NCBI GenBank assembly: GCA_963702845.1
Contig: OY969763.1
Span: 4,640,001 to 4,704,000, forward strand
From: an uncultured Verrucomicrobiae bacterium
Lineage (GTDB): Bacteria > Verrucomicrobiota > Verrucomicrobiia > Limisphaerales > Palsa-1400
Length of the DNA: 64,000 bases
Direction: 5' to 3'
Position numbers and translations under genes: made by a program. Below, in pieces: positions 19,703 through 30,400 of the stretch (position 1 is its first letter; each line of letters opens with the position of its first letter). A model generated the notes under the pieces. It had not been told where the DNA came from, searched no databases, and saw nothing but the letters and a program-made list of their open reading frames with translations.

Positions 19703-21133
19703 ATGTCGCTGCCACCCCAACTGTGCATCGCGCTGATCACATTCATCATGCCCTTCGCCGGCGCTGCACAACTCCGTTTCACAACCAACAACAACGCCAT
19801 CACCATCACCGGCTATACCGGAACCGATAAAAACATCGCCATTCCAAGCAACATCAACGGTTATCCCGTCACTAGCATCGGAGACTTTGCATTCGCCGCT
19901 TGTTACAGCCTCACCAATATTTTCGTTCCTTCGAGCGTTACCAATCTTAGTAATGATTCCGCTTTCATTGCATGCACAAACCTGATCGCCATCGACGTCG
20001 ACCCCGATAATCCCGTTTATTCCAGTTCAGGCGGAGTGTTGTTCGACAAAAATCAAACGACGATCGTTACCTATCCCGGTGGCCTGAGTAACTACATTAT
20101 CCCGAACACGGTCACCTCGATCGGCGATTACGCGTTCGCAAACTGTCCCAATATAACCAACGTCATCATCCCCAGCGGCGTCACCAACATTGGGCAATAT
20201 GCCTTCATCGGTGACGGCAACGTGACCAATTTTACTATTCCAGGAACGGTGACCACTTTCGGTCAATACGCGTTTGCCGGTGCGACGGTCACAAAATTCT
20301 TAATACCAAACGGTGTCGTCAACATCGGGCGCGAAGCCTTCGGTTCGACCGGCATCTCGAGCATTTTCATTCCCGCCAGCGTCACAAATATAGCGCCAGC
20401 CGCATTTGACGGTTACTATCTGACATCGATCACTGTCGACAGTAACAATCCTGCCTACAGCAGCGTTGATGGAGTCCTGTACGACATCGACCAACATACA
20501 CTCGTCGAATTTCCAGCCGCCAGGTCCGGAACCTTAATTCACCGTGGGAGCTACACCGTCCCGCAAGGCACCTCGGTGATTGGAGACGCTGCATTTCAAA
20601 ACGCATATCTCCTGAACATAACCATTCCCAGCTCCGTGACACACATCGGAGACGGAGCATTCGACGGGAGCGCGGTGAGAACTCTATTTGTTCCCGCCAG
20701 CGTCGCGTATTTTGGTTGGCTCGGCTACTGTCCAGGTTTAATCAGCATCTATTTCTATGGAAACGCTCCCATGTCCGGCACTGGCACACCGGTGTGGCAT
20801 CCCGGTAATCAACCCATAACCGCCCACTACCTGGCTGGAACAACAGGGTGGGGTTCGTATTTTCAATATCCCCAGATTCCTACCGTCCCTTGGACGCCAC
20901 CGCAGATAAAACCAATCGGGCCGGAAAACAACCCATTCGGCTCCAACTACAGTTTGGGCATGGAAATAAATTTTCCCGCCGACATCACCGTCATCATCGA
21001 AGCCTGCAATGACCTTTCCAACCCCACTTGGCAGCCCTTGCTTACCAACACAATCGGGGCCGGCCAGATGGTTTTCGTCGATCCTGACCAAACAAATTAT
21101 CCCTCCCGCTTCTACCGCCTTCGCCTGCCCTGA
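19703..21133 (+). CDS. BspA-like leucine-rich repeat (LRR_5) surface protein
   Basis: Signal peptide; repeated IPxxVTxIGxxAF and 'VDxxNPxYSSxxGVL' units; C-terminal '…DLSNPTWQP…FVDP…SRFYR' module. Confidence 0.9.
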   Translation: MSLPPQLCIALITFIMPFAGAAQLRFTTNNNAITITGYTGTDKNIAIPSNINGYPVTSIGDFAFAACYSLTNIFVPSSVTNLSNDSAFIACTNLIAIDVDPDNPVYSSSGGVLFDKNQTTIVTYPGGLSNYIIPNTVTSIGDYAFANCPNITNVIIPSGVTNIGQYAFIGDGNVTNFTIPGTVTTFGQYAFAGATVTKFLIPNGVVNIGREAFGSTGISSIFIPASVTNIAPAAFDGYYLTSITVDSNNPAYSSVDGVLYDIDQHTLVEFPAARSGTLIHRGSYTVPQGTSVIGDAAFQNAYLLNITIPSSVTHIGDGAFDGSAVRTLFVPASVAYFGWLGYCPGLISIYFYGNAPMSGTGTPVWHPGNQPITAHYLAGTTGWGSYFQYPQIPTVPWTPPQIKPIGPENNPFGSNYSLGMEINFPADITVIIEACNDLSNPTWQPLLTNTIGAGQMVFVDPDQTNYPSRFYRLRLP

Positions 21134-21152
21134 AACTATTGTGCCATCTCAA

Positions 21153-21215
21153 ACCCGGTAGGGGTGACGTATATGTAGCCCCGGGCAAGCTGACGAAACA
21201 TCAGCAGCCCATGGG
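21153..21215 (+). repeat. Degenerate REP-like element
   Basis: 'cccggtaggggtgac…gtagccccgggc…gcccatggg' resembles REP-type extragenic palindromes; located just after a stop codon. Confidence 0.4.
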
Positions 21216-21451
21216 TAAAAACCAAAAACGAAGTTTCACTTTCGCGAAGCGGCGACGAAGGAGCTAACTCGTCTTCTTCTCCGTGTTTGCGTTTCTACGC
21301 CGGTGAGTCATTCTGCCGTTGCCACCACCCGCTAAAAAATCCTTCCAAACCACCTTCACCATCGTCATATTGCCGCCGACCCACCGCGACTTCTAAATCG
21401 CAGCATGGTGCTGCGCGTCGGCGGGCATTAGGAGATAGGAATTAAGGAAAT

Positions 21452-22330
21452 ATGAACGGCAACTGTTACCCTATTTATCGGCATTCCGGAAAATTCGGAA
21501 TACACGGCCCGCTCCTCGCCATCCTCGCTGCCGCCATCGTTGGTTATCCACTCGGCTTCGTCTACGTCTACGCAATCAAATGGATCAGCTTCATTTACGC
21601 CAACGTCTTCATCACCGCGTTCTATGCCTTCGCGGTAGGCCTGATCCCTGCAATGCTCCTGAAGTTTGGTAAAGTCCGCAACAACACCGTCGCCTTGCTC
21701 ACCGGAATCGTCGCTGCCGTTATCGGCTGGTATCTGAACTGGAACGCTTACCTTCACATCATGACGAGCGATGCCCCCATACTCGCGACACCGTCACAAA
21801 TCATTTCGGCAATGAAGTATTTCTACGAGCACGGCGCGTGGAAAGTCGGCCGCGTATTCGGCGAGCACTCCACCATCACCGGCATCCCGCTCGCAACCGT
21901 TTGGGTCGTCGAAGCGACCATCATCATCGCCCTCGGAGGCATCGTCGGTTGGTCAAACGTTTACCAAACACCCTTCTGCGAAACCCATGGTTGCTGGCTC
22001 GACCAGGAAAAGACCTTCGACAAACTGGACGTCTTCTCCACTCCCGACGACATCGCCGCGCTCAAAGCTGGCAACCTCGACCCGCTTGAACACGCCCAAC
22101 CACGCGTCCCCGCATCGGGCCGTTTCGCACGCGTAACGTTGCGCCATTCCCCAAAATGCGACGACTACTGCGCCTTCTCCATCGCCCACGTCACCATCAC
22201 CCACGACAAAAAAGGTGAAAAGCGCGAAACAACGCAAAAAATAATCACAAACCTCTGGGTCCCGAAAACCATGTACAACTACCTAGCCCAATTCGACCAC
22301 GCCACAGCGAAACCATTGACGGCCGCATAA
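21452..22330 (+). CDS. Hypothetical membrane protein (4 TM segments plus Cys-containing C-terminal domain)
   Basis: AAGGA SD-like sequence before the ATG; hydrophobic helices; 'PFCETHGCW' and 'CDDYC'. Confidence 0.8.
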   Translation: MNGNCYPIYRHSGKFGIHGPLLAILAAAIVGYPLGFVYVYAIKWISFIYANVFITAFYAFAVGLIPAMLLKFGKVRNNTVALLTGIVAAVIGWYLNWNAYLHIMTSDAPILATPSQIISAMKYFYEHGAWKVGRVFGEHSTITGIPLATVWVVEATIIIALGGIVGWSNVYQTPFCETHGCWLDQEKTFDKLDVFSTPDDIAALKAGNLDPLEHAQPRVPASGRFARVTLRHSPKCDDYCAFSIAHVTITHDKKGEKRETTQKIITNLWVPKTMYNYLAQFDHATAKPLTAA

Positions 22331-22615
22331 CCAACTCGCAACCATTCAACTCTGTTTCGTGCCTTTTGCACCCCTTTGCGGCCATTTCGACTTTATGATT
22401 TGACACGTAGCAACTTCATTCGTTAGCATTCTTGACGTGTAGAGCGCCGGATACGTCCGCCCCCCGTTTGTTCTTTGAAATCCTGCATCAGAGCTCGTTT
22501 CAAAAACTTGACCGTTTCTTTACCGAAAAACGGCAGCGTTTGAAACCACCTCCCTGTAAATCAGAAACTTACAGAAAGCACCAAAACCGTCGGCCAGTTT
22601 GCAGAAACACGCAAA

Positions 22616-22657
22616 ATGTTGCTACAAGTAGCTGCTAGTAGCTACTTGTAGCAACAT
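22616..22657. repeat. 42-bp near-perfect palindrome with internal 10-bp periodicity
   Basis: ATGTTGCTACAAGTAGCT-gctagt-AGCTACTTGTAGCAACAT (18-bp perfect arms). Confidence 0.85.
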
Positions 22658-22767
22658 CCCGCGAACTTTTTTCGGAGTGCGAGTTGCGAGATTCCCGGTA
22701 ATTGGCGCGAAACTCTCTTTTTCCGGTCGCGCTTTTGCTCCTTTGCGTCTTTGTGTCAATTCCGGAC

Positions 22768-24111
22768 CTACAAATGCTTGGCCAAAAATGTTTTCGGTAC
22801 AATCGCGTGAACTGCATCCACGATTCGGCCCTCGGTTGAGTCAGCCAACCACGCCGGCAGATCGTAATAAATCATCGCGCCACCAGCCTCATAGCCACCC
22901 TCTTTGAGGATGCGACGCGACGGGATATAACACGGAACCTCGTTCGAGTATCCGTTCACCCATAGGCGGGACTTGTCGAAATCCGTTTTCAATCGCAGTG
23001 AATAATCGACGACAACCTCACCGCAGAGAAATACCATCGCCATCTCATCGCCAAAATTCCATTCCTGCACCAGATACGGCAACTCAGTCGGTAATTCTTC
23101 AGCGCGATCCAATCGCGCGAGGTTCTTGCGTGCGTGGTAAGCGGTCGGATAATCACTTGGGCCTTTCAGCGCAGCGCGACGTTCCCATTCCTGGCGAGTC
23201 GGCAATGTTTGAAATGACAGCTCGATTCGTTTGGCGCGGCACTCGAGTTTTTGATCGAGCGGTTGAAACGATTTGGCCAACAATTCATCGACCGCTTTCG
23301 AAATTTCCTGGCCATGTTGCTTCGCGAAATCCACCGACCCACGGGGGAACGGATTGGAATCCGCCCCGCAACCCATGATGGTCATCGCAATCGCGCCGGG
23401 ATGCTGTTGTTCGATGTACTCCTGCGCGTAGCCTGCCCAGTCGGCGCAGATTTGATTGGGTTCATGCGACAACGTGGTGCAGTGACATGCATAATTAACC
23501 AGCAACGCGCGCAATTCACCGTTCGTGCCCGTGACCTTCAAGACCGGCATATCGTGATCGGTCGGCCCGTCTTTCGTGCGACGATTTCCGGCGAACCCCG
23601 CCGTGCCTTGCGCCCACGACAATGTCGCCGGCTTGCGATCGTCCAATGCAGCGAATGCGACAGCCGAAACTTTGTCGATGAACTCGCGCGTGTAACGGTC
23701 AATATGCGCCTGTTCCTCGGCCGTGGCATCCATCCCAAAAATATTATCCGCCGCACCTTTCAACTTCGGCGCCGAATGAGTGTGCGAAACACAAATGGCA
23801 AGTTTTTCAGAGCGCACGCCGCGTTTTTTTAAGCGCTGCAAAATCTCTTCGCGCACCGTCGCGGGCAAAATGCAGTTATCGACCGAGATCAAAACAGCCG
23901 GTGCTTGCCGATCGGTCCCAATGGCGAGAGCTTTGGCGAACAGGTGTTGGATGACTCCGTCGCATTCAGCTTTCCGGGCGAGATAGCCATTGAGCCGAAT
24001 CGGATAATCCGGCGTGATATCCACTCGCGCCACACCGACTTCGAAAACCGGTTCCTTCGCACAAACCGACAGCAAAGGCAAAACGCACAGGAGCGCAACG
24101 AGTGATTTCAT
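22768..24111 (-). CDS. Neutral/alkaline ceramidase N-terminal-domain family protein, secreted
   Basis: GVARVDITP, SHTHSAP, NYACHCT, GCGADSNP, GEVVVDY, GYSN…YIPS…EGGYE; signal peptide MKSLVALLCVL…. Confidence 0.85.
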   Translation of the reverse strand: MKSLVALLCVLPLLSVCAKEPVFEVGVARVDITPDYPIRLNGYLARKAECDGVIQHLFAKALAIGTDRQAPAVLISVDNCILPATVREEILQRLKKRGVRSEKLAICVSHTHSAPKLKGAADNIFGMDATAEEQAHIDRYTREFIDKVSAVAFAALDDRKPATLSWAQGTAGFAGNRRTKDGPTDHDMPVLKVTGTNGELRALLVNYACHCTTLSHEPNQICADWAGYAQEYIEQQHPGAIAMTIMGCGADSNPFPRGSVDFAKQHGQEISKAVDELLAKSFQPLDQKLECRAKRIELSFQTLPTRQEWERRAALKGPSDYPTAYHARKNLARLDRAEELPTELPYLVQEWNFGDEMAMVFLCGEVVVDYSLRLKTDFDKSRLWVNGYSNEVPCYIPSRRILKEGGYEAGGAMIYYDLPAWLADSTEGRIVDAVHAIVPKTFLAKHL

Positions 24112-24215
24112 CCTGGCCAGCATATTAAACGATTTCGTTCGCGACAATTTTATACATTCGCCACCTCCAAAACCGTTTTGGACAAACACCTGCGCCACTG
24201 CTAGCCTGCAAATTG

Positions 24216-24506
24216 ATGAATCTGGCAAGAAGGTTTGCGGCGCTATTACTCGTGGCTATCGCGATGGGCTGCTCGCATAAGAACATCGACACCACCCCGC
24301 TGCAAACTGCGTTTCAATCGGCGGAGGGTGACAACAAAGCTTTCATCGACCAAGGCGTGGATGCCATTTCCAAAACAAATTACCCCGTCGCATTGGAGTC
24401 ACTGGAGAAACTTGCCTATCGTCCGCACCTCACCGGTGACCAACGCAAAGCGTTGCAGGACGTCATTGGTCAACTGAAGGATCGCATCCGCAAATCGAGT
24501 AACTGA
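24216..24506 (+). CDS. Small hypothetical lipoprotein
   Basis: [19 protein letters not shown] lipobox; TGATG-coupled to the next gene. Confidence 0.7.
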   Translation: MNLARRFAALLLVAIAMGCSHKNIDTTPLQTAFQSAEGDNKAFIDQGVDAISKTNYPVALESLEKLAYRPHLTGDQRKALQDVIGQLKDRIRKSSN

Positions 24507-25141
24507 TGAAACGCCGCGAACGAGCCTTTACGCTGATCGAACTGCTGGTGGTCATCGCCATTATTTCCATTCTCGCGAGCATGCTCCTGCCCACGCTCGG
24601 ACGCGCTAAAGAGAGGGGAAACACGATCGCCTGCGTCAACAACCTCCGGCAACTTGGCTTTTCCATGCAGTTGTACAGCGATGACAACAGCGAACGTTTG
24701 CCGACCGCTCACGGCGGCGTTCCATTTACCAGCACCGCACCTGTCCCGTGGGTTGTCCCGCTGCGTGACTATTACAAAAACACGAACATCTTGCGTTGCC
24801 GTTCGTTGTCGGTGAAATACAAGCAATCGGGCGTGAGCTATTTCATGGGTTCGCGCGCGGCGTTCATCGAATCCGGCGGCCCCGCTCCCGTCATCATGCG
24901 GAATATCTACGTTCCTTCGCTCTATATTCTATCCGGCGATTGCAACTACAACGCCGATCCCAACGACGCCGATCTCAATGACAATACCCAGGACTGCCTC
25001 TTCGATAAACCGAATCTCCCCTCACCCATTCACAACGGTCGCGTCAACGTTCTCTTCGCCGATTGGCACATCAACACCTACAAAGATTTCAAAGATAGTG
25101 AGATGACCTACTCGTTCTACAATCCCGGCGTGAACTGGTAG
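24506..25141 (+). CDS. PVC-type prepilin N-methylation protein with H-X9-DG-like C-terminal motif (DUF1559-like)
   Basis: [44 protein letters not shown]. Confidence 0.88.
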   Translation: MKRRERAFTLIELLVVIAIISILASMLLPTLGRAKERGNTIACVNNLRQLGFSMQLYSDDNSERLPTAHGGVPFTSTAPVPWVVPLRDYYKNTNILRCRSLSVKYKQSGVSYFMGSRAAFIESGGPAPVIMRNIYVPSLYILSGDCNYNADPNDADLNDNTQDCLFDKPNLPSPIHNGRVNVLFADWHINTYKDFKDSEMTYSFYNPGVNW

Positions 25142-25145
25142 CGGG

Positions 25146-25382
25146 CTAGAGCTTACTGTGCGAACCATCGCAGAACGGCATGTTCTTCGAGTGTTTGCAG
25201 GCACACCAGGCAATGGTTTTCTTCTCTTTGATTTCAACTTCCATCGGTCCGAGCCCCGTCCCCTCGTGCGAGCCATCGCAAAACGGCTGGCTCTTTGAAC
25301 GACCGCAAGCGCACCACCAATACGTGCCAGGCTCAACAAGTTGAACGATGGGAGATTTTTGGAAAACAACAGGATCAGCCAT
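25146..25382 (-). CDS. Double CDGSH 2Fe-2S protein (MiNT/CISD3-like)
   Basis: [17 protein letters not shown] and [17 protein letters not shown]. Confidence 0.92.
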   Translation of the reverse strand: MADPVVFQKSPIVQLVEPGTYWWCACGRSKSQPFCDGSHEGTGLGPMEVEIKEKKTIAWCACKHSKNMPFCDGSHSKL

Positions 25383-25500
25383 ACCGCTGAATACTTGTCG
25401 CGGGCAGGTTTTGCAAGTGCGGGCTCTCAGGTCGCCACCGACAGTAAAATCTGCACTTTCACTCGATAGCAAAAACTCGCACTCATCCTAAGTTGGTGAG

Positions 25501-25606
25501 TTAATTTCCAACTGGCTTCGAGGCTGCGGAGGACCTGCAATGGTTATGAGAGCTGCGTAGCCGGTTGGCCAATCCAAGGGCCCCGCTCCGGCGGGGCTCT
25601 TCTGTT
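25501..25606 (+). ncRNA. Candidate structured small RNA: 61-nt rod hairpin followed by an intrinsic-terminator-like hairpin
   Basis: CCAACTGGCT (25508-17) pairs with AGCCGGTTGG (25559-68), with inner stems; G-U pairs work only on the + strand; then GGGCCCCGC-UCCG-GCGGGGCUC-UUCUGUU. Confidence 0.4.
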
Positions 25607-25621
25607 GTGCAAATTAAACTG

Positions 25622-27202
25622 CTACCACTTCTCGCGCGTAAATTGCCCGTCAACTATCCGCCAGATATTTCGCGGATTGTCATTCTGCAATTCCGGCGGC
25701 AACGCTGATTGCGGAAAATTTTGGAAACAAACCGGCCGCACAAATCGTTTGATTGCCCCTGTCCCGACAGAAGTGGAGCGCGAATCGGTCGTCGCAGGAT
25801 ATGGCCCGCCGTGTTGCATCGACGGACAAACTTCCACGCCAGTCGGAAAACCGTTGAACAAAAGGCGTCCGGCCTTCTGCTGCAAGATTTGGATGAGGCC
25901 GTTGTATTGCGCAAGATCCTCCTCGGTGCCATGAATCGTCGCGGTGAGTTGACCAGGCAATGATCGCGCGATGCTTTCCAACTCAGCAGGTGAGCCACAA
26001 TTCACCAGCAACGTCGCCGGTCCGAAGATTTCTTCGTGCAACTCCTGTTGCTTCAGAAAAGTATCAGCATCAGTCTGCAAAACGACAGCAGCCGCAGCCG
26101 CCAATTGCGCTGACGGCGCCGGTTTACCACTGGCTTGCACACCGCGCACATTGGAGACCTTTTCCACGCCTTCGCGATATCGCGCGCAGATATCTTGCGT
26201 GAGCATCGTGCCCGAAAACTTTTGCGCCAGCTCACTGGCTTTGCTGACCAATTCCGAAAACGCACTGCCGCGTAAACCGAATACCAGTCCCGGGTTCGTG
26301 CAAAATTGGCCAACGCCTAGCGTCACTGATTGCATCAATGCCTCCGCTATTGCCGAACCTTTGCTCTGAAGTGCACCCGGCAATACGAACACCGGATTGA
26401 TACTTCCCATTTCGGCGTAAACGGGGATTGGCTCCGGTCGTGCCGAAGCGGCGTCAAACAAAGCACGCCCGCCGCGCAACGAACCGGTAAACCCAACCGC
26501 TTTTACCGCAGGATGCCGCACCAATCGCAATCCCATTTGCCCGGTCCCTTGCAGCATTGAAAAGACTCCAGCCGGCATACCACACGCCTCGACGGCCTTC
26601 TGGACCGCGCACGCCACCAACTCCGACGTGCCCGGATGGCCACGATGCGCTTTGACGATCACAGGACAGCCGGCGGCTAGTGCTGATGCCGTATCACCGC
26701 CGGCGACCGAAAACGCCAAGGGAAAATTACTCGCGCTGAAAACGACAACTGGCCCAAGAGCAACCAACATCCGGCGCAGGTCCACTTTCGGCAACGGCTT
26801 CCGATCTGGAATTGCGCGATCAATCGTCGCCTCAGTCCACGATCCTTCGCCAATCAAGTCAGCGAATAATGTCAACTGGCCGGTCGTGCGTCCGCGTTCG
26901 CCGGTGAGCCGCGCTTCCGGTAACGCCGTTTCAGCCTTGGCGCGCTGAATCAATTCGTCGCCGAGATTGTTGATCTCCTCGGCAATGCGACGCAAAAAAT
27001 TGGAACGCTGCTCGGGAGTGGTGCGCTGGTAGATGTCGAATGCTGCGGCGGCTTCGCGGGCCGCCAGTTCGACTTCCTGGTCGGACGCCTCGCGAAAATC
27101 AGGAGTGAGCTTCTCGCCGGTGGCCGGATTGTTGTTGGAAAATATTTTTTGCCCGCCGCCGACCCAGTTGCCGGCGATGAGATTCAGTCCGGAGAGTTGC
27201 AT
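25622..27202 (-). CDS. NADP+ aldehyde dehydrogenase, alpha-ketoglutaric semialdehyde dehydrogenase-like
   Basis: ASNFPLAFSVAGGDTASAL, GFTGS, AEMGSINP, GQFCTNPG, EIFGP, HGGPYPAT. Confidence 0.92.
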   Translation of the reverse strand: MQLSGLNLIAGNWVGGGQKIFSNNNPATGEKLTPDFREASDQEVELAAREAAAAFDIYQRTTPEQRSNFLRRIAEEINNLGDELIQRAKAETALPEARLTGERGRTTGQLTLFADLIGEGSWTEATIDRAIPDRKPLPKVDLRRMLVALGPVVVFSASNFPLAFSVAGGDTASALAAGCPVIVKAHRGHPGTSELVACAVQKAVEACGMPAGVFSMLQGTGQMGLRLVRHPAVKAVGFTGSLRGGRALFDAASARPEPIPVYAEMGSINPVFVLPGALQSKGSAIAEALMQSVTLGVGQFCTNPGLVFGLRGSAFSELVSKASELAQKFSGTMLTQDICARYREGVEKVSNVRGVQASGKPAPSAQLAAAAAVVLQTDADTFLKQQELHEEIFGPATLLVNCGSPAELESIARSLPGQLTATIHGTEEDLAQYNGLIQILQQKAGRLLFNGFPTGVEVCPSMQHGGPYPATTDSRSTSVGTGAIKRFVRPVCFQNFPQSALPPELQNDNPRNIWRIVDGQFTREKW

Positions 27203-27238
27203 GATGCGTGATCGGAGACGCGACGAAGCGCGCGTGGA

Positions 27239-27406
27239 TTATTGATTGTTGCTGGCCGCGCAGGCGAAGCTGCCAAGACCAATGGCAATGAGCAACAGCG
27301 CAAACGCGCCGAGCCAGCCGTTGGTCAGCAACACTGCCCAAACCGCGCACCAGACCCCGAAAACGGTGATGGCAAACAAAGTTATTTCTTTAGCACTACG
27401 TTCCAT
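27239..27406 (-). CDS. Small two-TM membrane protein (hypothetical)
   Basis: 55 aa, strongly hydrophobic, co-oriented between two genes. Confidence 0.55.
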   Translation of the reverse strand: MERSAKEITLFAITVFGVWCAVWAVLLTNGWLGAFALLLIAIGLGSFACAASNNQ

Positions 27407-27477
27407 AAGGCGTTTGACACTATCCAGACAGGCTCTCGCCCGCAAGCTTATCCGCATACGGGCGCGCCAAATCGGGT

Positions 27478-30400
27478 TTATTTCTTAAACGCGTGATACT
27501 TCGGCTTACCGCCGGATTGCAGGTAAGCAACGAGATCAAGAATCTCGTCCTTCGTCAGCACGTTCACCAAACCCTCGGGCATCGGCGAAAGCTTCGACGC
27601 GCGACGTTCCTGCACGTCAGACTTCTTCACCTCTTTTTTCGTCTGCTTCAATGCGTCTGTGACCAGAACAATCTTTTTATCGTCCTCTTCAACAATACGC
27701 CCGGTCACATCATCGCCATCTTTCAGGAACACCGTCGTATTCTGGAACTGTTCGGAAACTACCTTTGAAGGCTCGATAATTGATTCCAAAATGTCGCGAG
27801 CCGCCAACCGGCTCGACACGGCGGTTAACTCCGGTCCAACCGCTCCACCGGCGTTGCCGAATCGATGACATTGCGCGCACTGAGCGGCAGCGAACGCCTC
27901 TTTGCCCTTTTCAAAGGACCGCCCGCGTTTCAGAAATTCAGTTGAAGGCAACAACTCCTGCAACTTCCACGCTTGAACAAATTTGTGCGGAGCCACGGTC
28001 GCAGCCGTCTTGTTCGTGTCGTCCTTCGGCAGCACCGGTGTCAGTGCGAACTTGTCCTCCGCCGTCAATGTATCGATCGCTTCCTTGCGGAAGTTCTCCA
28101 TGAATTTCGGGAAACTCGATCCGTCGCTATAATCGCGTTCCACGTCAGCAAAATATTGAAGGATACCGCCGGTGTGACCGAGCTTGGTGCGGTCTTTATC
28201 AAACCACGTGAAATACTGTTTGCGCTGGTCCAGCGTCCAGCCGTTGGTAATCGTGCGCAATCGCAGTATGTAATAGATCTGCTCTTCCTGCGTCGGCGCT
28301 TTGTCGAGCAACGACAACGTTTTCGAAATAGCGTCTGGCGCGCCGAGGTAAAGCAGCAATTGGCAATACTCACGATTCAACATTTCGGTGCGCGCGGGGT
28401 AATGCGGGCTGAGCTTTTCAATCGCAAGCTGCTGCAACTCCGTCGAAGGCTTGCCTTGGCGGGCGCAGCTCACCTCAATCACGCGCAGCTTCAGCAACTC
28501 CTGATCTTCACTCAACGTGTCGATCGGGAATTTCTTCAACGCCTTCAGCAGCGGCGCCTGGCTTTCTGTGTCGCCACAACGGGCCAATGCCAGCAACGCC
28601 GTCAATCCAGCGTTCACATTGGTTTCGTTCAAGGCGCGATCTTTCCACGAACCAACCTCCTGGCTTTCAATCGCGATTCGCGCGGCGTAACGGATAAACC
28701 GGTCGCTGCTGGCCAAGTGTGGCCACGAAAAATCCACCGCCCCGGGGACGCGCCGACCCTGATACAACTCAAGTTGATGCCGCAAGTCACGCGCCTGCCG
28801 CGCTTTCCACGACGCTGCCAACTCTTCCTTCGTCTCTGTGGACTTCATCTTCTTGCCCACGTAAGTGACGCGATAAAGGCCCGCCTGGGTATGTCGTCCG
28901 CCACTCAGAAAATACAGCGCGCCATCGTTGCCGAATTCAATGTCGGTCACGTTCAGCGGCTTTCCGCGCAGCAACGTTTCAAACTCGCCGCTGTAACTCG
29001 CGCCATCGGCGGTGGGATACATCATCATGATGCGGCCATATGACCAATCGAGCAGGAATAACGCGTTGCGATATTTCTCGGGAAAATTGCTCGCGTAACC
29101 AAATTTGATGCCAGTCGGCGACCCGATGCCGATGTTTTTAATCGGTGGCAATGTGTCCTGATTGTATGGCTGGAACTTACCCGAACCTTCGCGGAAACCG
29201 TAGTCACCACCCGAGACAAGGTGACAGACGCGAGTCGGCCGATACCACGGCGTGCCCCAGTCCCATTCCATATCGCTGTCGAAGCCAAACAACTCGCCCG
29301 CGTTATTAAACGCGATATCATACGTGTTACGCATTCCGGCGCAGAACAGTTCCGGATTGCGTCCATCCAGGTCCATCCGCATCACAAATCCACCCGGCGG
29401 CAAAACTCCATTGCCAAACCCGTTCCCGTCGGCCGCCCGCGGCAACAATTGGTCGTCGGCATAACCGAACATCGGCGAATCCAGCGATTGGTCAGCGGGG
29501 CGCTTTGTAAAATTCCCATTCACCACATACAGCCGCTGGTCAGGGCCCAACACAATCGCGTGCGAGCCATGTTCGCCTTCCCCTTTCTCCATGGGGCGGA
29601 TCAAGACTGGCGCATCGTAATAATCGCCACGATCCATCATGCGATAAATGCCGAGACCATTCGGCCCTTTGCCGTTCACAAACAAACTATGCTCGGCATA
29701 GAGCAAACCCATCGCCTCGCCGACCGGCTGTTCGATCGTCTCAACCTTCGCGACCTTGCCTTTGTTGATTGTGAACCGAAGCAGGTTGCCGTCGTGTTGC
29801 GGGGAAACAATCAATCGCCCGGTCGGATCAACCGTCATTGAAACCCATGAGCCTTCGGTGATGCCTGCTGAACGCAGCAGCTCAACCTTGAAACCGGGCA
29901 TCACTTTAAGTGATTCGGCAGTGGTCGCAGTCGGCGGCGTGAACACGTTACCCCATGGTTGGTCGCCCATCTTCCCCACTTTTACCGCATGCTTCCACGC
30001 CTGGTCATCAAACTTGATCTTTTTCCACCCGGCAGCTTCTTCCGTCGAAACCAGCCAGGAGTTGTCCGTCACATAAACATTGATCCAGCGCAGACCGGCA
30101 TGTTGTTTCGCGTCGAATTTCTGGTGATTGGATCCGAGCGTGGGATGGACAGTTTGCAGCCGCGCGATGAAACCAGCCTTGCCCCCGGCATTCTCGATTC
30201 GTGCGGTGATCACGTTCGCTCCCTCGTGCAAATGCTTTGTGACATCGACGACGACCGCCTCTTTCCAATCCTTGATGGTCGCAACCGACTGACCATTGAT
30301 AAACACCTCGCCCTTGTCATCGGCGGTTGTTACCAACTCCGCGCGAACAAACGGCTTCGGAACGTCAAAGGTCTTGCGGAAATATCGAACCTCATTCGAG

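Noticed and set aside
25508..25568. SRP (4.5S) RNA on the minus strand
   Set aside because: CAGGUCC…GCAGCC is present, but the conserved GGAA-loop helix is missing and the pairing favours the + strand.
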